Origin: a bacterium
GTDB lineage: Bacteria; Actinomycetota; Acidimicrobiia; Spongiisociales; JAHEDJ01
Length of the DNA stretch: 64,000 bases
Reading direction: 5' to 3'
NCBI GenBank assembly: GCA_024641325.1
Contig: JAHEDJ010000002.1
Span: 74,365-138,364, forward strand
Shown here one piece after another: positions 1 to 8,606 of this stretch; within the stretch, counting starts at the first letter, position 1, and the number at the start of each line of letters is the position of its first letter. The notes beneath the pieces are model-generated. The model saw only the letters and a program-made list of their open reading frames with translations, made no database searches and was not told the DNA's origin. A program made the position numbers and the translations under genes.

Positions 1-420
1 ATCGGTATAACTGCCGATTCGCCGTTGGAGGGGAAACTCGAGGATCTGGCTCTCAGCATTGGCGCTTGCCCTTTCAAGCTCGAAGACGGCCGGCGCCCGC
101 TCTATCACGCGGCCGCCGCCTGCGCGGCGAACTACGTGCTGACCGCGCTTGCGCTGGCAGAAGAACTGTTCGAAGCTGCCGGAGTGCCGTTTGGATTGGC
201 CCGGCCGCTGGTTTCCGAGGTAATCGCCAATGCGTTCGATGTGGGGCCCCGTGATGCACTGACGGGCCCTATTGCCAGGGGCGATTTGGGGACGGTGGCG
301 GCGCAGATAGCGGCTGTGGCAGAGGTCGATCCCGACCTGGCAGCCGACTTCAAGGCGTTCGGCCGCGCAACTGCGAGGCTGGCAGGCGCAGACGCTTCGA
401 TGCACGAGATGCTCCGATGA
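1..420 (+). CDS. C-terminal fragment of a Rossmann-like DUF2520 oxidoreductase-type protein, the usual panC-upstream gene in Actinobacteria; its N-terminus lies outside the window.
   Basis: ORF 25..420 runs to the left edge. It has the TGPIARGD-type motif and an Ala-rich C-terminus, and its stop overlaps the panC start (ATGA) as in the mycobacterial panC neighbourhood. Confidence 0.5.
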   Translation: MGITADSPLEGKLEDLALSIGACPFKLEDGRRPLYHAAAACAANYVLTALALAEELFEAAGVPFGLARPLVSEVIANAFDVGPRDALTGPIARGDLGTVAAQIAAVAEVDPDLAADFKAFGRATARLAGADASMHEMLR

Positions 421-1310
421 AGATCGTGCAACGTTTCGCTGAAGTGCGGGCTTCGACCGCCGGCAGGCTGGGGCTCGTTCCGACGATGGGGTTCCTGCAC
501 GAGGGACATCTGGCTCTGGTCGACGCGGCACGTCGCGACTGTGACACGGTGGTGATGAGCCTCTTCGTGAACCCACTCCAGTTCGATGAAACGCGCGACC
601 TCTCTCGTTATCCGCGTGACCTGGATCGGGACGCCGAACTGGCAGAGGGCCGAGGTGTCGACGTTCTCTTTGCTCCCGAGCTCGATGAGATGTACCCGCA
701 GGAACCGCTAACGAGAGTGACCGTTTCCGGGACTACAGACGAAATGGAAGGCGCTCACCGCCCGGGCCATTTCGACGGTGTGGCGACGGTTGTCGCCAAG
801 TTGTTCGTTGGGATTAGAGCCGATCGAGCCTATTTCGGCAGAAAGGATGCGCAGCAGTTGGCCACCGTTACCAGGATGGCAGCGGACCTTTCGATTCCCA
901 TCGAGGTGGTTCCGGTGTCGATCGTACGGGAGCAGGATGGATTGGCGCTGTCGAGTCGCAACGTGTTTCTCTCATTAGACGAGCGCCGCAGAGCTTTGGG
1001 TATCTCAACGGGACTGATGGCAGCAGCCGATGCGGCAGAAGGCGGAGAACGGGATGGGTTGCAGCTCGAATCCATCGTGCGAGCTCGTCTCGATGGGGTT
1101 CTCATCGACTACGTTGCTCTGGCCGGGGCTTTGTCCGCCAGGAGGGTCGACAACCTGGAGGAGGATGCCGTCCTGGCAGTGGCGGCGCGGGTCGGTGAGA
1201 CCCGACTCATCGACAACGTGTTTCTGACCGTTCGCGGCGACACCATCGTCGCCGACCGCGGAACCCGGCTCGACGAACCGAGCATTCTGTACGCCGCACA
1301 CCGCGACTAG
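417..1310 (+). CDS. panC: Pantoate--beta-alanine ligase (pantothenate synthetase).
   Basis: Carries the VPTMGFLHEGHLALV (HIGH-like) and SLFVNPLQF motifs at a length of 297 aa. Confidence 0.9.
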   Translation: MKIVQRFAEVRASTAGRLGLVPTMGFLHEGHLALVDAARRDCDTVVMSLFVNPLQFDETRDLSRYPRDLDRDAELAEGRGVDVLFAPELDEMYPQEPLTRVTVSGTTDEMEGAHRPGHFDGVATVVAKLFVGIRADRAYFGRKDAQQLATVTRMAADLSIPIEVVPVSIVREQDGLALSSRNVFLSLDERRRALGISTGLMAAADAAEGGERDGLQLESIVRARLDGVLIDYVALAGALSARRVDNLEEDAVLAVAARVGETRLIDNVFLTVRGDTIVADRGTRLDEPSILYAAHRD

Positions 1311-1329
1311 ACCAAGCGTGACGACGCTC

Positions 1330-1357
1330 TCGCGATTCGCAATTCGCGATTCGCAAC
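1330..1357. repeat. Tandem heptamer array TCGCGAT-TCGCAAT-TCGCGAT-TCGCAAC in the panC-lysS spacer.
   Basis: A direct read gives four tandem 7-mers. Related arrays occur at 19602-19622, 53604-53631 (opposite orientation) and 62621-62655. Confidence 0.8.
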
Positions 1358-1405
1358 CGGCAAGCCAACGCCCGCGACCAGCTCTGGAACTAAGGTCTGT
1401 TCCCC

Positions 1406-2977
1406 ATGACCGACGAAAATCCGTCAGACGAATCGCAGGACATCCCAGAAGACGCCGGCCTCGCCGCGCACCCGATCACGGCGCGCCGACTCGAGAAGCT
1501 CTCCGAGATCCGGGATGGAGGCGGTGAACCGTATGCCTACCGCTTTGACCGTACGGCAACGGCCGCCGATCTGCATGCGGAGTACGGCGACCTGCAACCG
1601 GGGGCCGAGACCGGCAGGATTGTCGCGGTCGCAGGCAGAGTGCTCAATGTGCGTAGCTTTGGGAAGCTCATGTTCCCGGTACTCCTTGATCAGACGGGAA
1701 GGATTCAGCTGTTCGTCGCCAGCAACACACTCGGAGCAGATGAGTTCGAGCGATTCGGCGGCGTTGATTCAGGAGATTGGGTGGGTGCCGAGGGCGAGAT
1801 AATCACCACCAAGAAGGGTGAGCTCAGCGTTCGCGTCCAGTCGTGGGTGTTGCTTTCGAAATCGCTCCGACCTTTGCCGGAGAAGTGGCACGGGCTCAAA
1901 GATGTCGAACGACGCTACCGCCAGCGATATCTAGATCTCATTGTGAGCGATGAGGCGCGCCGCATCGCAATGACCCGGTCGCGGATTCTTGCAGAGCTTC
2001 GCAAACAGTTCACCGACCGCGGCTACATCGAGGTGGAGACGCCGGTGCTTCAGTCACAAGCGGGCGGAGCCCTGGCGCGGCCGTTTGAGACCCATCACAA
2101 CGCGCTCGACATCGACATGTATCTGCGTATCGCGACCGAACTCCACCTCAAGCGGTTGGTAGTCGGAGGGATGGAGCGCGTGTTCGAACTGGGCCGGATC
2201 TTCCGCAACGAAGGGGTGGACACGACACACAACCCCGAGTTCACGACACTCGAGGCCTATGAGGCATTCGCCGATTACCGGGACATCATGGAGTTGGTGG
2301 AAGAGGTAGTGGCGGCAGTGGCCGAGGCTGCGACCGGATCGATGCAGATCGAATACGACGGTCGACCGATCGATTTCACGCCTCCCTACCGGCGGGCCAC
2401 CCTGCTCGACCTGCTATCTGAGGCGCTTGGGGAATCGGTGGGGTTCGACCTGTCGCTGACGGAAATGCGTGATCTGGCCCTTTCCAAGGGCATCACGCCT
2501 GATGCTGCCTGGGGCAAGGGCAAGCTGATCACCGAGTTGTACGAACACCTGGTTGAACCGAATCTGTGGGAACCCATCTTCGTGATCGATCATCCGAAAG
2601 AAACGTCGCCCCTTGCAAGAGTCCATCGCCGGGACTCGAACCTGACGGAGAGATTCGAGTTGTTCGCAGGAGGTATGGAGCTGTGCAACGCCTTTTCGGA
2701 ACTCATTGATCCACTCGATCAGCGAGAGCGCTTCGAGCAGCAGGCAAAGGCGAAGGCCGCCGGCGACGAGGAAGCCCACCCGATCGATGAGGACTTCATT
2801 CGCGCGCTCGAATACGGTATGCCTCCGACCGGTGGTCTCGGCATCGGCGTCGATCGTTTGGTCATGCTTTTAACGGGGCAATCGACGATCCGCGAAGTCC
2901 TGTTGTTCCCGCATCTGAAGCCGGAGACCAGCAACCGGCGGCCGCCGCCGGATCAGAGCTCAACGACGATCGGGTGA
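1406..2977 (+). CDS. lysS: Lysyl-tRNA synthetase, class II.
   Basis: Has the class II motifs FRNEGVDTTHNPEFTTLEAYEAF and GGLGIGVDRLVMLL with an N-terminal OB-fold region, and the panC-lysS order is conserved in Actinobacteria. Confidence 0.9.
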   Translation: MTDENPSDESQDIPEDAGLAAHPITARRLEKLSEIRDGGGEPYAYRFDRTATAADLHAEYGDLQPGAETGRIVAVAGRVLNVRSFGKLMFPVLLDQTGRIQLFVASNTLGADEFERFGGVDSGDWVGAEGEIITTKKGELSVRVQSWVLLSKSLRPLPEKWHGLKDVERRYRQRYLDLIVSDEARRIAMTRSRILAELRKQFTDRGYIEVETPVLQSQAGGALARPFETHHNALDIDMYLRIATELHLKRLVVGGMERVFELGRIFRNEGVDTTHNPEFTTLEAYEAFADYRDIMELVEEVVAAVAEAATGSMQIEYDGRPIDFTPPYRRATLLDLLSEALGESVGFDLSLTEMRDLALSKGITPDAAWGKGKLITELYEHLVEPNLWEPIFVIDHPKETSPLARVHRRDSNLTERFELFAGGMELCNAFSELIDPLDQRERFEQQAKAKAAGDEEAHPIDEDFIRALEYGMPPTGGLGIGVDRLVMLLTGQSTIREVLLFPHLKPETSNRRPPPDQSSTTIG

Positions 2978-3534
2978 TCCACGGTGGCTCGGCCCCTCAG
3001 CGACTCGATTTCTTCGAGAAGCGATCCGGCCTGACGGTTCTCGCCATTCTGTACCGCCACCAGCGTGAATACGGCTCTCAGGGTCAGGGATTCCAGATGT
3101 TCGGACTCCAGTCGGAGGATCGTGGCCAGGCGATCGAGAAGTGCCGTGACCCCCTCGACCTTGAACTCCCTCAGCACGGCTACATAAGTCAGGTGATCGA
3201 GATGGCCGATTTTGTCGACGCCTCTCAATGTTGCGCTCATCACGGCTTCGAGGTGCTTGTCCAGCCAGCGGTGGTCGTCATCGGCTGAGGTCGGCGGATC
3301 TGGGAGTCCCTCCACCTCGATGAGAAGAATCCCGAACTGGTCCTTTCGTCGGGAAAGCCAGTTCAAGGCCTCCTGGATTGCATCGAGTAGACCGTTCCGA
3401 TTGAGCGTGCCGGATGCAGGGTCGATCGGAGACAGTACGTCCAGTGCAAGCCTTAGGCGGCGGATCTCTTCATCACGTTCGAAGAGCGCCTTTTCGATGT
3501 CTTCGGGTTCGTCGTTGGTGGGGTCAATATCCAT
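2953..3534 (-). CDS. Degenerate GGDEF-domain protein whose GG(D/E)EF motif is replaced by HLDHLT while the RxxD I-site (RGVD) is retained; a likely c-di-GMP binding effector rather than a cyclase.
   Basis: The GGDEF fold signature is visible (LNRNGLLDAIQEAL; ILLIEVEGL in place of the IDLD metal site; RGVDKIGHLDHLTYVAVL in place of RxxD...GGDEF). The ORF track extends to 3708, but that N-terminal extension is Arg/Ser-rich low complexity, so the internal ATG at 3534 (MDIDPTNDEPED...) is preferred. Confidence 0.55.
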   Translation of the reverse strand: MDIDPTNDEPEDIEKALFERDEEIRRLRLALDVLSPIDPASGTLNRNGLLDAIQEALNWLSRRKDQFGILLIEVEGLPDPPTSADDDHRWLDKHLEAVMSATLRGVDKIGHLDHLTYVAVLREFKVEGVTALLDRLATILRLESEHLESLTLRAVFTLVAVQNGENRQAGSLLEEIESLRGRATVDHPIVVEL

Positions 3535-3990
3535 TGGCAAGTCGAGGATAGTGATCACCGGCCGAATTCGTGCCTTATCGATAGCGCAAGCTTGCCGACT
3601 GGAGAGTCGTGCGGGCTCTGAAACGCAGGTTGATGAGGCCGACGACCGAAATCCGTCCCTCCGGGAGACATCAATGAGGATTGCCGAACAATTTCTGTCC
3701 CGGTTCATGGAGCAGGCGACCCTTCAGGCGAAAAGCCGTACCGTTGGTGAACCGGATTGCGCTCCAGCGCCCGGCCCTGATGCCCTTCCACCTCGGGTCA
3801 ACTCTGCTCACTCGGCTGCGCCCGTCGCTGAGCTCCAGAGGCGCACCGCCGCCTATCAGGCGACCGTTGAGGTTCTGTCGAAGTCACTCCAGCCTTCGCT
3901 GGTCGACTTCCTGAGATAACCGACGGGCTTCGCTCGAGCGCATAGTCCGTTGCGCGGCTCGAGGGCGGTTCCTTCGGTGAGATACCGGCC

Positions 3991-4431
3991 CTAGCAGGCT
4001 GCAGCTCGTCCGAAGGCAAGATGGGCTGCTTCCAATCGTTCCCGCGCAAGCCCGACGATCGAAAGCCTCAAGGAATCCACTGAGCGAGTGATCTCGAGCA
4101 GTTCGTCGAGGTCGGCTCTGAGGGCGATTGCCTGCTCGGGGTCTGACCGCTGGATGATGGCGCGGAGCGAGAAGTCGTATTCGGGTTCACCCCACAGGTC
4201 TGCGATCCCGGCGACGACGACGGCTCGGAGCACTTCGTTAGTACCGAGCTGCCGTTCGAGCTTGGCGATCTGCCGGGCCGCCGAAACAAGTGCGAGGTCG
4301 CGTTCGGAAGCAATCAAGGCCGCCATTTCCCCGAGTCTTGCTTCGAGTTCCACTAGAAGCCGGCGTTCACGATTGAGTATCTCCAGCAGGGAGTCGATTC
4401 CGGGCTGCTGGATGAGATTCAGTTCGTTCAC
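3991..4431 (-). CDS. Coiled-coil protein, FlgN-like or anti-sigma-like, lying divergent from the sigma-28 family gene.
   Basis: Predicted all-helical with a heptad-like Leu/Glu/Arg pattern (LLEILNRERRLLVELEARLGEMAAL). A GAGGAG Shine-Dalgarno sits 9 nt upstream of the GTG at 4431; the track start at 4449 is also a GTG. Confidence 0.5.
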   Translation of the reverse strand: MNELNLIQQPGIDSLLEILNRERRLLVELEARLGEMAALIASERDLALVSAARQIAKLERQLGTNEVLRAVVVAGIADLWGEPEYDFSLRAIIQRSDPEQAIALRADLDELLEITRSVDSLRLSIVGLARERLEAAHLAFGRAAAC

Positions 4432-4653
4432 GCGCGATCTCCTCTTCACGGCTCTCGTCTGATGGTTCCCGTCGGCGGGTTCCCGCGTACTTCAAGCCAT
4501 CATTTCGAAGTCCGGGCAAGGTGCATCATGAGAAGTCAAATGGAGCCTGTGCGAATAGGGCTCAAGAGGACCCTCCCGGGGTGCCGATGACAAGTGAAGC
4601 GCTACCAAGTATTCGCAGTTGTCTCCGGAGACAAGTCGAACAGGGACTGGACA

Positions 4654-5484
4654 ATGGCCGCCTTGGATCGAAACCAGCTGGCAGTCGAGCACATCGATCT
4701 CGTAGGTCACATCGTGGCTGAGGTGTCGGTTCGCTACCCACGTCACGTCGACAGGAAAGAATTGTGGAATGCCGGCGCGCTCGGCCTCGTCGAGGCCTCG
4801 AGGCGCTTCAACATCGAGAGCGGAGTTCCATTCGCTCGATACGCCGCCATCCGGATTCGGGGGGCGATCATCGACTCGACGAGATCTCGCGATTGGGCGA
4901 CCCGGTCCGTACGCAGGAATCTTCGTGAGATCCAGCAAGCGACATCGGATCTCGAAGAACGAACCGGCCGCCGTCCTGATGATGATGACCTCGCCGGCGC
5001 GCTGGGCATCACCGTCGCAGAGCTCTTGGACAGGCAAGCGCAGGCGAGTTACAGCACTCTCCTGCACCTAGATCAAGATGACTCGGAAGAGGCGCCGCTT
5101 CGAGACCAGGTAGCCGAAGAGCGCCCGTCGGTTCTCCCCGAGGAAGCACTCGAGAATCGCGAACTTCTGGGTACCCTCAAGGCCGCGATCGGGTTCTTAG
5201 CGCCGGCTCAAGCCGAAGTGGTCAGCCGTTACTACCTGTACGGCGATCTCCTGCAGGATATTGCCGACGATCTAAAGGTGACTGAAGCCCGGGTCTCGCA
5301 GATCCGGGCTGAGGCGCTGGCATCCATGCGGTCGTATTTCGCAACTCTCTACGAGGGCCTGCCGGATGTCGACGATTCTGCACCGGGCAAACGTGCAAGA
5401 GCGGCCTACCTGTCGGTGCTGTCGGAGAACACCACGTGGCGCTCCCGGCTGGAGCAGGATGAGCTTCTAACCACAGGTCCCTAG
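4654..5484 (+). CDS. FliA/WhiG-family (sigma-28 type) RNA polymerase sigma factor.
   Basis: Region 2 reads LWNAGALGLVEASRRFNIESGVPFARYAAIRIRGAIIDSTRSRDW, region 3 reads SVRRNLREIQQATSDLEERTGRRP, and region 4 reads YYLYGDLLQDIADDLKVTEARVSQIRAEALASMR. The start is taken at the internal ATG 4654 (MAALDRNQ...); the upstream Met at 4594 is less likely. Confidence 0.8.
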   Translation: MAALDRNQLAVEHIDLVGHIVAEVSVRYPRHVDRKELWNAGALGLVEASRRFNIESGVPFARYAAIRIRGAIIDSTRSRDWATRSVRRNLREIQQATSDLEERTGRRPDDDDLAGALGITVAELLDRQAQASYSTLLHLDQDDSEEAPLRDQVAEERPSVLPEEALENRELLGTLKAAIGFLAPAQAEVVSRYYLYGDLLQDIADDLKVTEARVSQIRAEALASMRSYFATLYEGLPDVDDSAPGKRARAAYLSVLSENTTWRSRLEQDELLTTGP

Positions 5485-5543
5485 GACTCGTTCCTATGCC
5501 ATCGACGTTTGATGCTTCGGGCCTCTGGTTTGCGGCCTAATGC

Positions 5544-6947
5544 TCAAGGCTCCTGCGTCTTGAACCCGCGACGCTCGAGAGTTCCCCAAGTGTGGTCCCC
5601 ACGCAGAGCCGAGAAGAGTCCGCGAATTCGCCACCAGGTAGCAAGTTGTCGATAGCCCAGGTTCTCGATGAACGCAACCAGTATCAAGCGTCCGAGATCG
5701 CGCGGGCGTGAGTATCGCTGGAACGACAGTTCTTCTAGAGCAACTGCCGCGACCGACAGAGCTACTCCGGCCGCCACCGCGAGGCCGAGGAATGCCAAGA
5801 TGTACGACATTGGAGCGACCCCTGCAATCAGCGCCCACAGAAAGACGACGAAGCCGGATGCCTCGATGAGCGGTCCGATGACCTCGAAAATGCCGTAGTA
5901 GGTGAATCCAATGAGCGCAGGCGGTCCGTAGAGGGGGTTGCCGAACATTTGCCGGTGCCGCCACAGGGTTTGGACCAGGCCGCGTTGCCAGCGGTTTCGC
6001 TGTCTGCCAAGGCTCCCCAAATCCTCCGGTGCTTCGGTCCACGCAACGGGGTCGGGGATGAAGGCGACCCGGTAGTCGATATCGTTCTCCCGGCAATGGC
6101 GGTGGAGTCGGACCACCAGTTCCATGTCCTCCCCGACAGTGTCGGTGGCGAATCCGCCTACGTCGACAACTATGCCTCGTCTAAAGACACCGAAAGCGCC
6201 CGAAATGATCAATGTTGCCCGAAGGACATCCCATCCAACCCGAGCCGCGAGAAACGCCCTGAGATACTCGACGACCTGGAACCGAGCGACCATGTTCTTC
6301 GGCAACAGGACCTGACGGACGATACCTCCGTCGACTACGCAGCCGTTGGCGATGCGCACGATGCCGCCCGCCGCCACGGTGTCGCGGTTCTCCAGGAAAG
6401 GCCGAACGAGGCGCGGGAGGGCTTCAGGTTCGAGCAGCGTGTCGGCGTCCATTGCGCAAAACAGAGGTGTTCTTGCGTAATTGAGACCTGCATTCAAGCT
6501 GTCGGCCTTGCCCCCGTTTTCCTTGCTGACGACCCAGAGGTTTGGATGGCGAGCGGCCCGGTGAACAGTCCTGACGGGCGCGGTGTGCAAATTGGCGCTC
6601 GGTGCACGAGCGGCCGGTTTGAGCTGGAATGCCTCGATCAGGCTGCCGAGGGTTCCGTCCGTAGAACCATCGTCCACGACGACTATTTCGTAGTCGGAGT
6701 ACTGAAGGGTGAGCAGCGAACGAACCGACTCGACGATGCCGGCTTCCTCGTTGAAAGCCGGGACAACGAGGGTGATCGGGACACCTCCGGCTGCGTTCAC
6801 CAGGTCTCCTATGTGTAACGACTTCAGCCTCCCGACGTACTTCTTCAGATCGATGAAGGCCAGAACGCTCGTCGTCATGTAGACGAAGTTCATGGCGAGG
6901 AAATAGACCAGAATCACCAGGCTCACTACGTATACGAGAGTGATCAC
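5544..6947 (-). CDS. Processive family-2 glycosyltransferase of the PgaC/IcaA/NodC/HAS-like membrane synthase type.
   Basis: Has DDGSTDGT, DAD (AMDADT) and QRNRWQRG (QxxRW) motifs, with one N-terminal and several C-terminal transmembrane segments, and overlaps the upstream HEAT gene by 4 bp. Confidence 0.85.
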   Translation of the reverse strand: MITLVYVVSLVILVYFLAMNFVYMTTSVLAFIDLKKYVGRLKSLHIGDLVNAAGGVPITLVVPAFNEEAGIVESVRSLLTLQYSDYEIVVVDDGSTDGTLGSLIEAFQLKPAARAPSANLHTAPVRTVHRAARHPNLWVVSKENGGKADSLNAGLNYARTPLFCAMDADTLLEPEALPRLVRPFLENRDTVAAGGIVRIANGCVVDGGIVRQVLLPKNMVARFQVVEYLRAFLAARVGWDVLRATLIISGAFGVFRRGIVVDVGGFATDTVGEDMELVVRLHRHCRENDIDYRVAFIPDPVAWTEAPEDLGSLGRQRNRWQRGLVQTLWRHRQMFGNPLYGPPALIGFTYYGIFEVIGPLIEASGFVVFLWALIAGVAPMSYILAFLGLAVAAGVALSVAAVALEELSFQRYSRPRDLGRLILVAFIENLGYRQLATWWRIRGLFSALRGDHTWGTLERRGFKTQEP

Positions 6948-8011
6948 GTGACCCCCCCGGCAATCATTTCTTGTGCCAGCGTCGATTGCGGAAGTTCGCT
7001 CTGTGCTATCTCGTGTAGCCGCTCACGGCCACCTGCTTCGAGGAGCGCACGGGCTGCGTTGATTGCGACCCATGGGTCGGCGTCGAACATCCCCAGCTCG
7101 AGCACTTCGATGTCGGAGGCGTCGCCGATGGTGCCGAGGGCACTGAGGGCCAGCGCTCTGAGTGTGTGGTCGCGACCCGACGCGTAGGTGCGGACAATTG
7201 ATACGTGCTCCGGACCCCCCACCGTCCTGAGCAGCCGGAGCAGAGCGGCAGCCAGCTCCCGGTTCGGGCTGCCGGTCAGCACCTTGACCGCTATGTCCCC
7301 GGCCACCGGATCCGTTAGAAGGCCGAGGGCCTCTGCGGCAACCGCCCTATCGATCGGGTTGCCCTCGGTCAGGAGAAAGGATCGGAGCGCGGGTGCCACC
7401 TCGACTCCGAGTGAGGCGAGCATGCTGGCCAGAAAACGACTGTTCCATTCCGAGTAGCGGTGCAGGTTCGAGAGCACTCTGACGATGTATTCCGGGTGAT
7501 GGGACCCGGCGAGAGACCGTGCGGCCACCATCGAGACGAGCGGAGAAGGATCATCGAGTGCCCGGGCGATTCTGGCCCCGTGCTCATCGATGCCCAATGT
7601 GGCGAGCGTCTGCACGGCCAGCGCTCTCCGTGAGGCCGAGCGGGCCTGCAGGTCTCCGAGAATGCCGGGCAGGACTGGTGCGGCAATGTCGGTGATCGTG
7701 AGGTTGTCGTTGCCGACCAGCAATCTGGCGTATCGCACCAGGAAGCGGAGGAAGTGTCGGGAAGACCGGGGAGTGACCGTGTTGAGTAGGTCGGATATTG
7801 GGAGTGACCCGGCCATTACCTCCAGGAGCAAGGGCTCCCAGGTTGCCTCGTAACTCGAGTAGCGACGTGCCCGTATGACGTTCCGGAACCGCATCGCGAA
7901 GGCGGAAGCGGCGAGGTATGCGACTACTCCGACGATAACGAGGGTCGACCACAGGACGACGCCAATGAGTGCCTCCGAGGCCCATACGGACGAGGTGCCG
8001 CCAGACCACAT
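6944..8011 (-). CDS. Membrane-anchored HEAT (PBS-lyase type) repeat protein.
   Basis: An N-terminal transmembrane segment is followed by at least five HEAT-like repeats (…DPSPLVSMVAARSLAG…, …NPIDRAVAAEALGLL…, …DADPWVAINAARALLEAG…). It is translationally coupled to the GT2 gene and sits 8 nt after the receiver gene. Confidence 0.7.
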   Translation of the reverse strand: MWSGGTSSVWASEALIGVVLWSTLVIVGVVAYLAASAFAMRFRNVIRARRYSSYEATWEPLLLEVMAGSLPISDLLNTVTPRSSRHFLRFLVRYARLLVGNDNLTITDIAAPVLPGILGDLQARSASRRALAVQTLATLGIDEHGARIARALDDPSPLVSMVAARSLAGSHHPEYIVRVLSNLHRYSEWNSRFLASMLASLGVEVAPALRSFLLTEGNPIDRAVAAEALGLLTDPVAGDIAVKVLTGSPNRELAAALLRLLRTVGGPEHVSIVRTYASGRDHTLRALALSALGTIGDASDIEVLELGMFDADPWVAINAARALLEAGGRERLHEIAQSELPQSTLAQEMIAGGVT

Positions 8012-8019
8012 ACCGGCGG

Positions 8020-8424
8020 CTACCGGGCCAGCAGTCGTTGTACCCTGAGGGCGAGTTCCGTAGGCGAGAAGGGCTTCAGTATGTAGTCGTCGGCGCCACC
8101 CGAGAGTGCGCGAACAACGTCCTGTTCCGTTCCCATTCCCGTCAACATCACCACTGGAATGGGTGCCAGCCTGGGGTCCTCCTTCAGACGGCCGAGTAGT
8201 TCAAAGCCGTCCATGCGAGGCATCTTCACGTCGAGAATCGCCAGCGAAAAGGGTTCGGAATCTGGAGCTTGGGCAGATTCGAGGGCGCTTTGGCCGTCTT
8301 GGCAGTGGAACACTTCGTAGCCCTCGCGCTCGAGGCGGTGGACGATCAGCCTGGCGGTAAGAGCATCATCCTCGGCGAGGAGGATTCTTGGGCGCTGGTT
8401 GGCCGGATTGGCCTCAGAGTGCAC
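8020..8424 (-). CDS. Single-domain CheY-like response-regulator receiver.
   Basis: Has LLAEDD, the phospho-acceptor [11 protein letters not shown], and VVMLTGMG...DYILKPF at 134 aa, with no output domain. Confidence 0.85.
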   Translation of the reverse strand: MHSEANPANQRPRILLAEDDALTARLIVHRLEREGYEVFHCQDGQSALESAQAPDSEPFSLAILDVKMPRMDGFELLGRLKEDPRLAPIPVVMLTGMGTEQDVVRALSGGADDYILKPFSPTELALRVQRLLAR

Positions 8425-8606
8425 TCAGTCACCTCTTCTTCGTGTGCATAGTCTCTAAGTGGCTTGTCTCCTCGATCATTCGGAGCCGGTCACCTAGCCA
8501 CATCGTAGAGGGCGAAACTGAGTTAGCGGCGGACCGTTCCATAGCCTCGGGCGGTCCACTCACTTCGTGGCGCATGGCCCATTGCACACGGCTCACAGTC
8601 CGTTTC

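Noticed and set aside
3991-4431. Exact RsiG-type c-di-GMP binding motif E(x)3S(x)2R(x)3Q(x)3D in the coiled-coil protein.
   Set aside because: I scanned both helices by eye and found only partial matches (for example SAAR..K instead of S..R...Q), so direct RsiG homology is not claimed.
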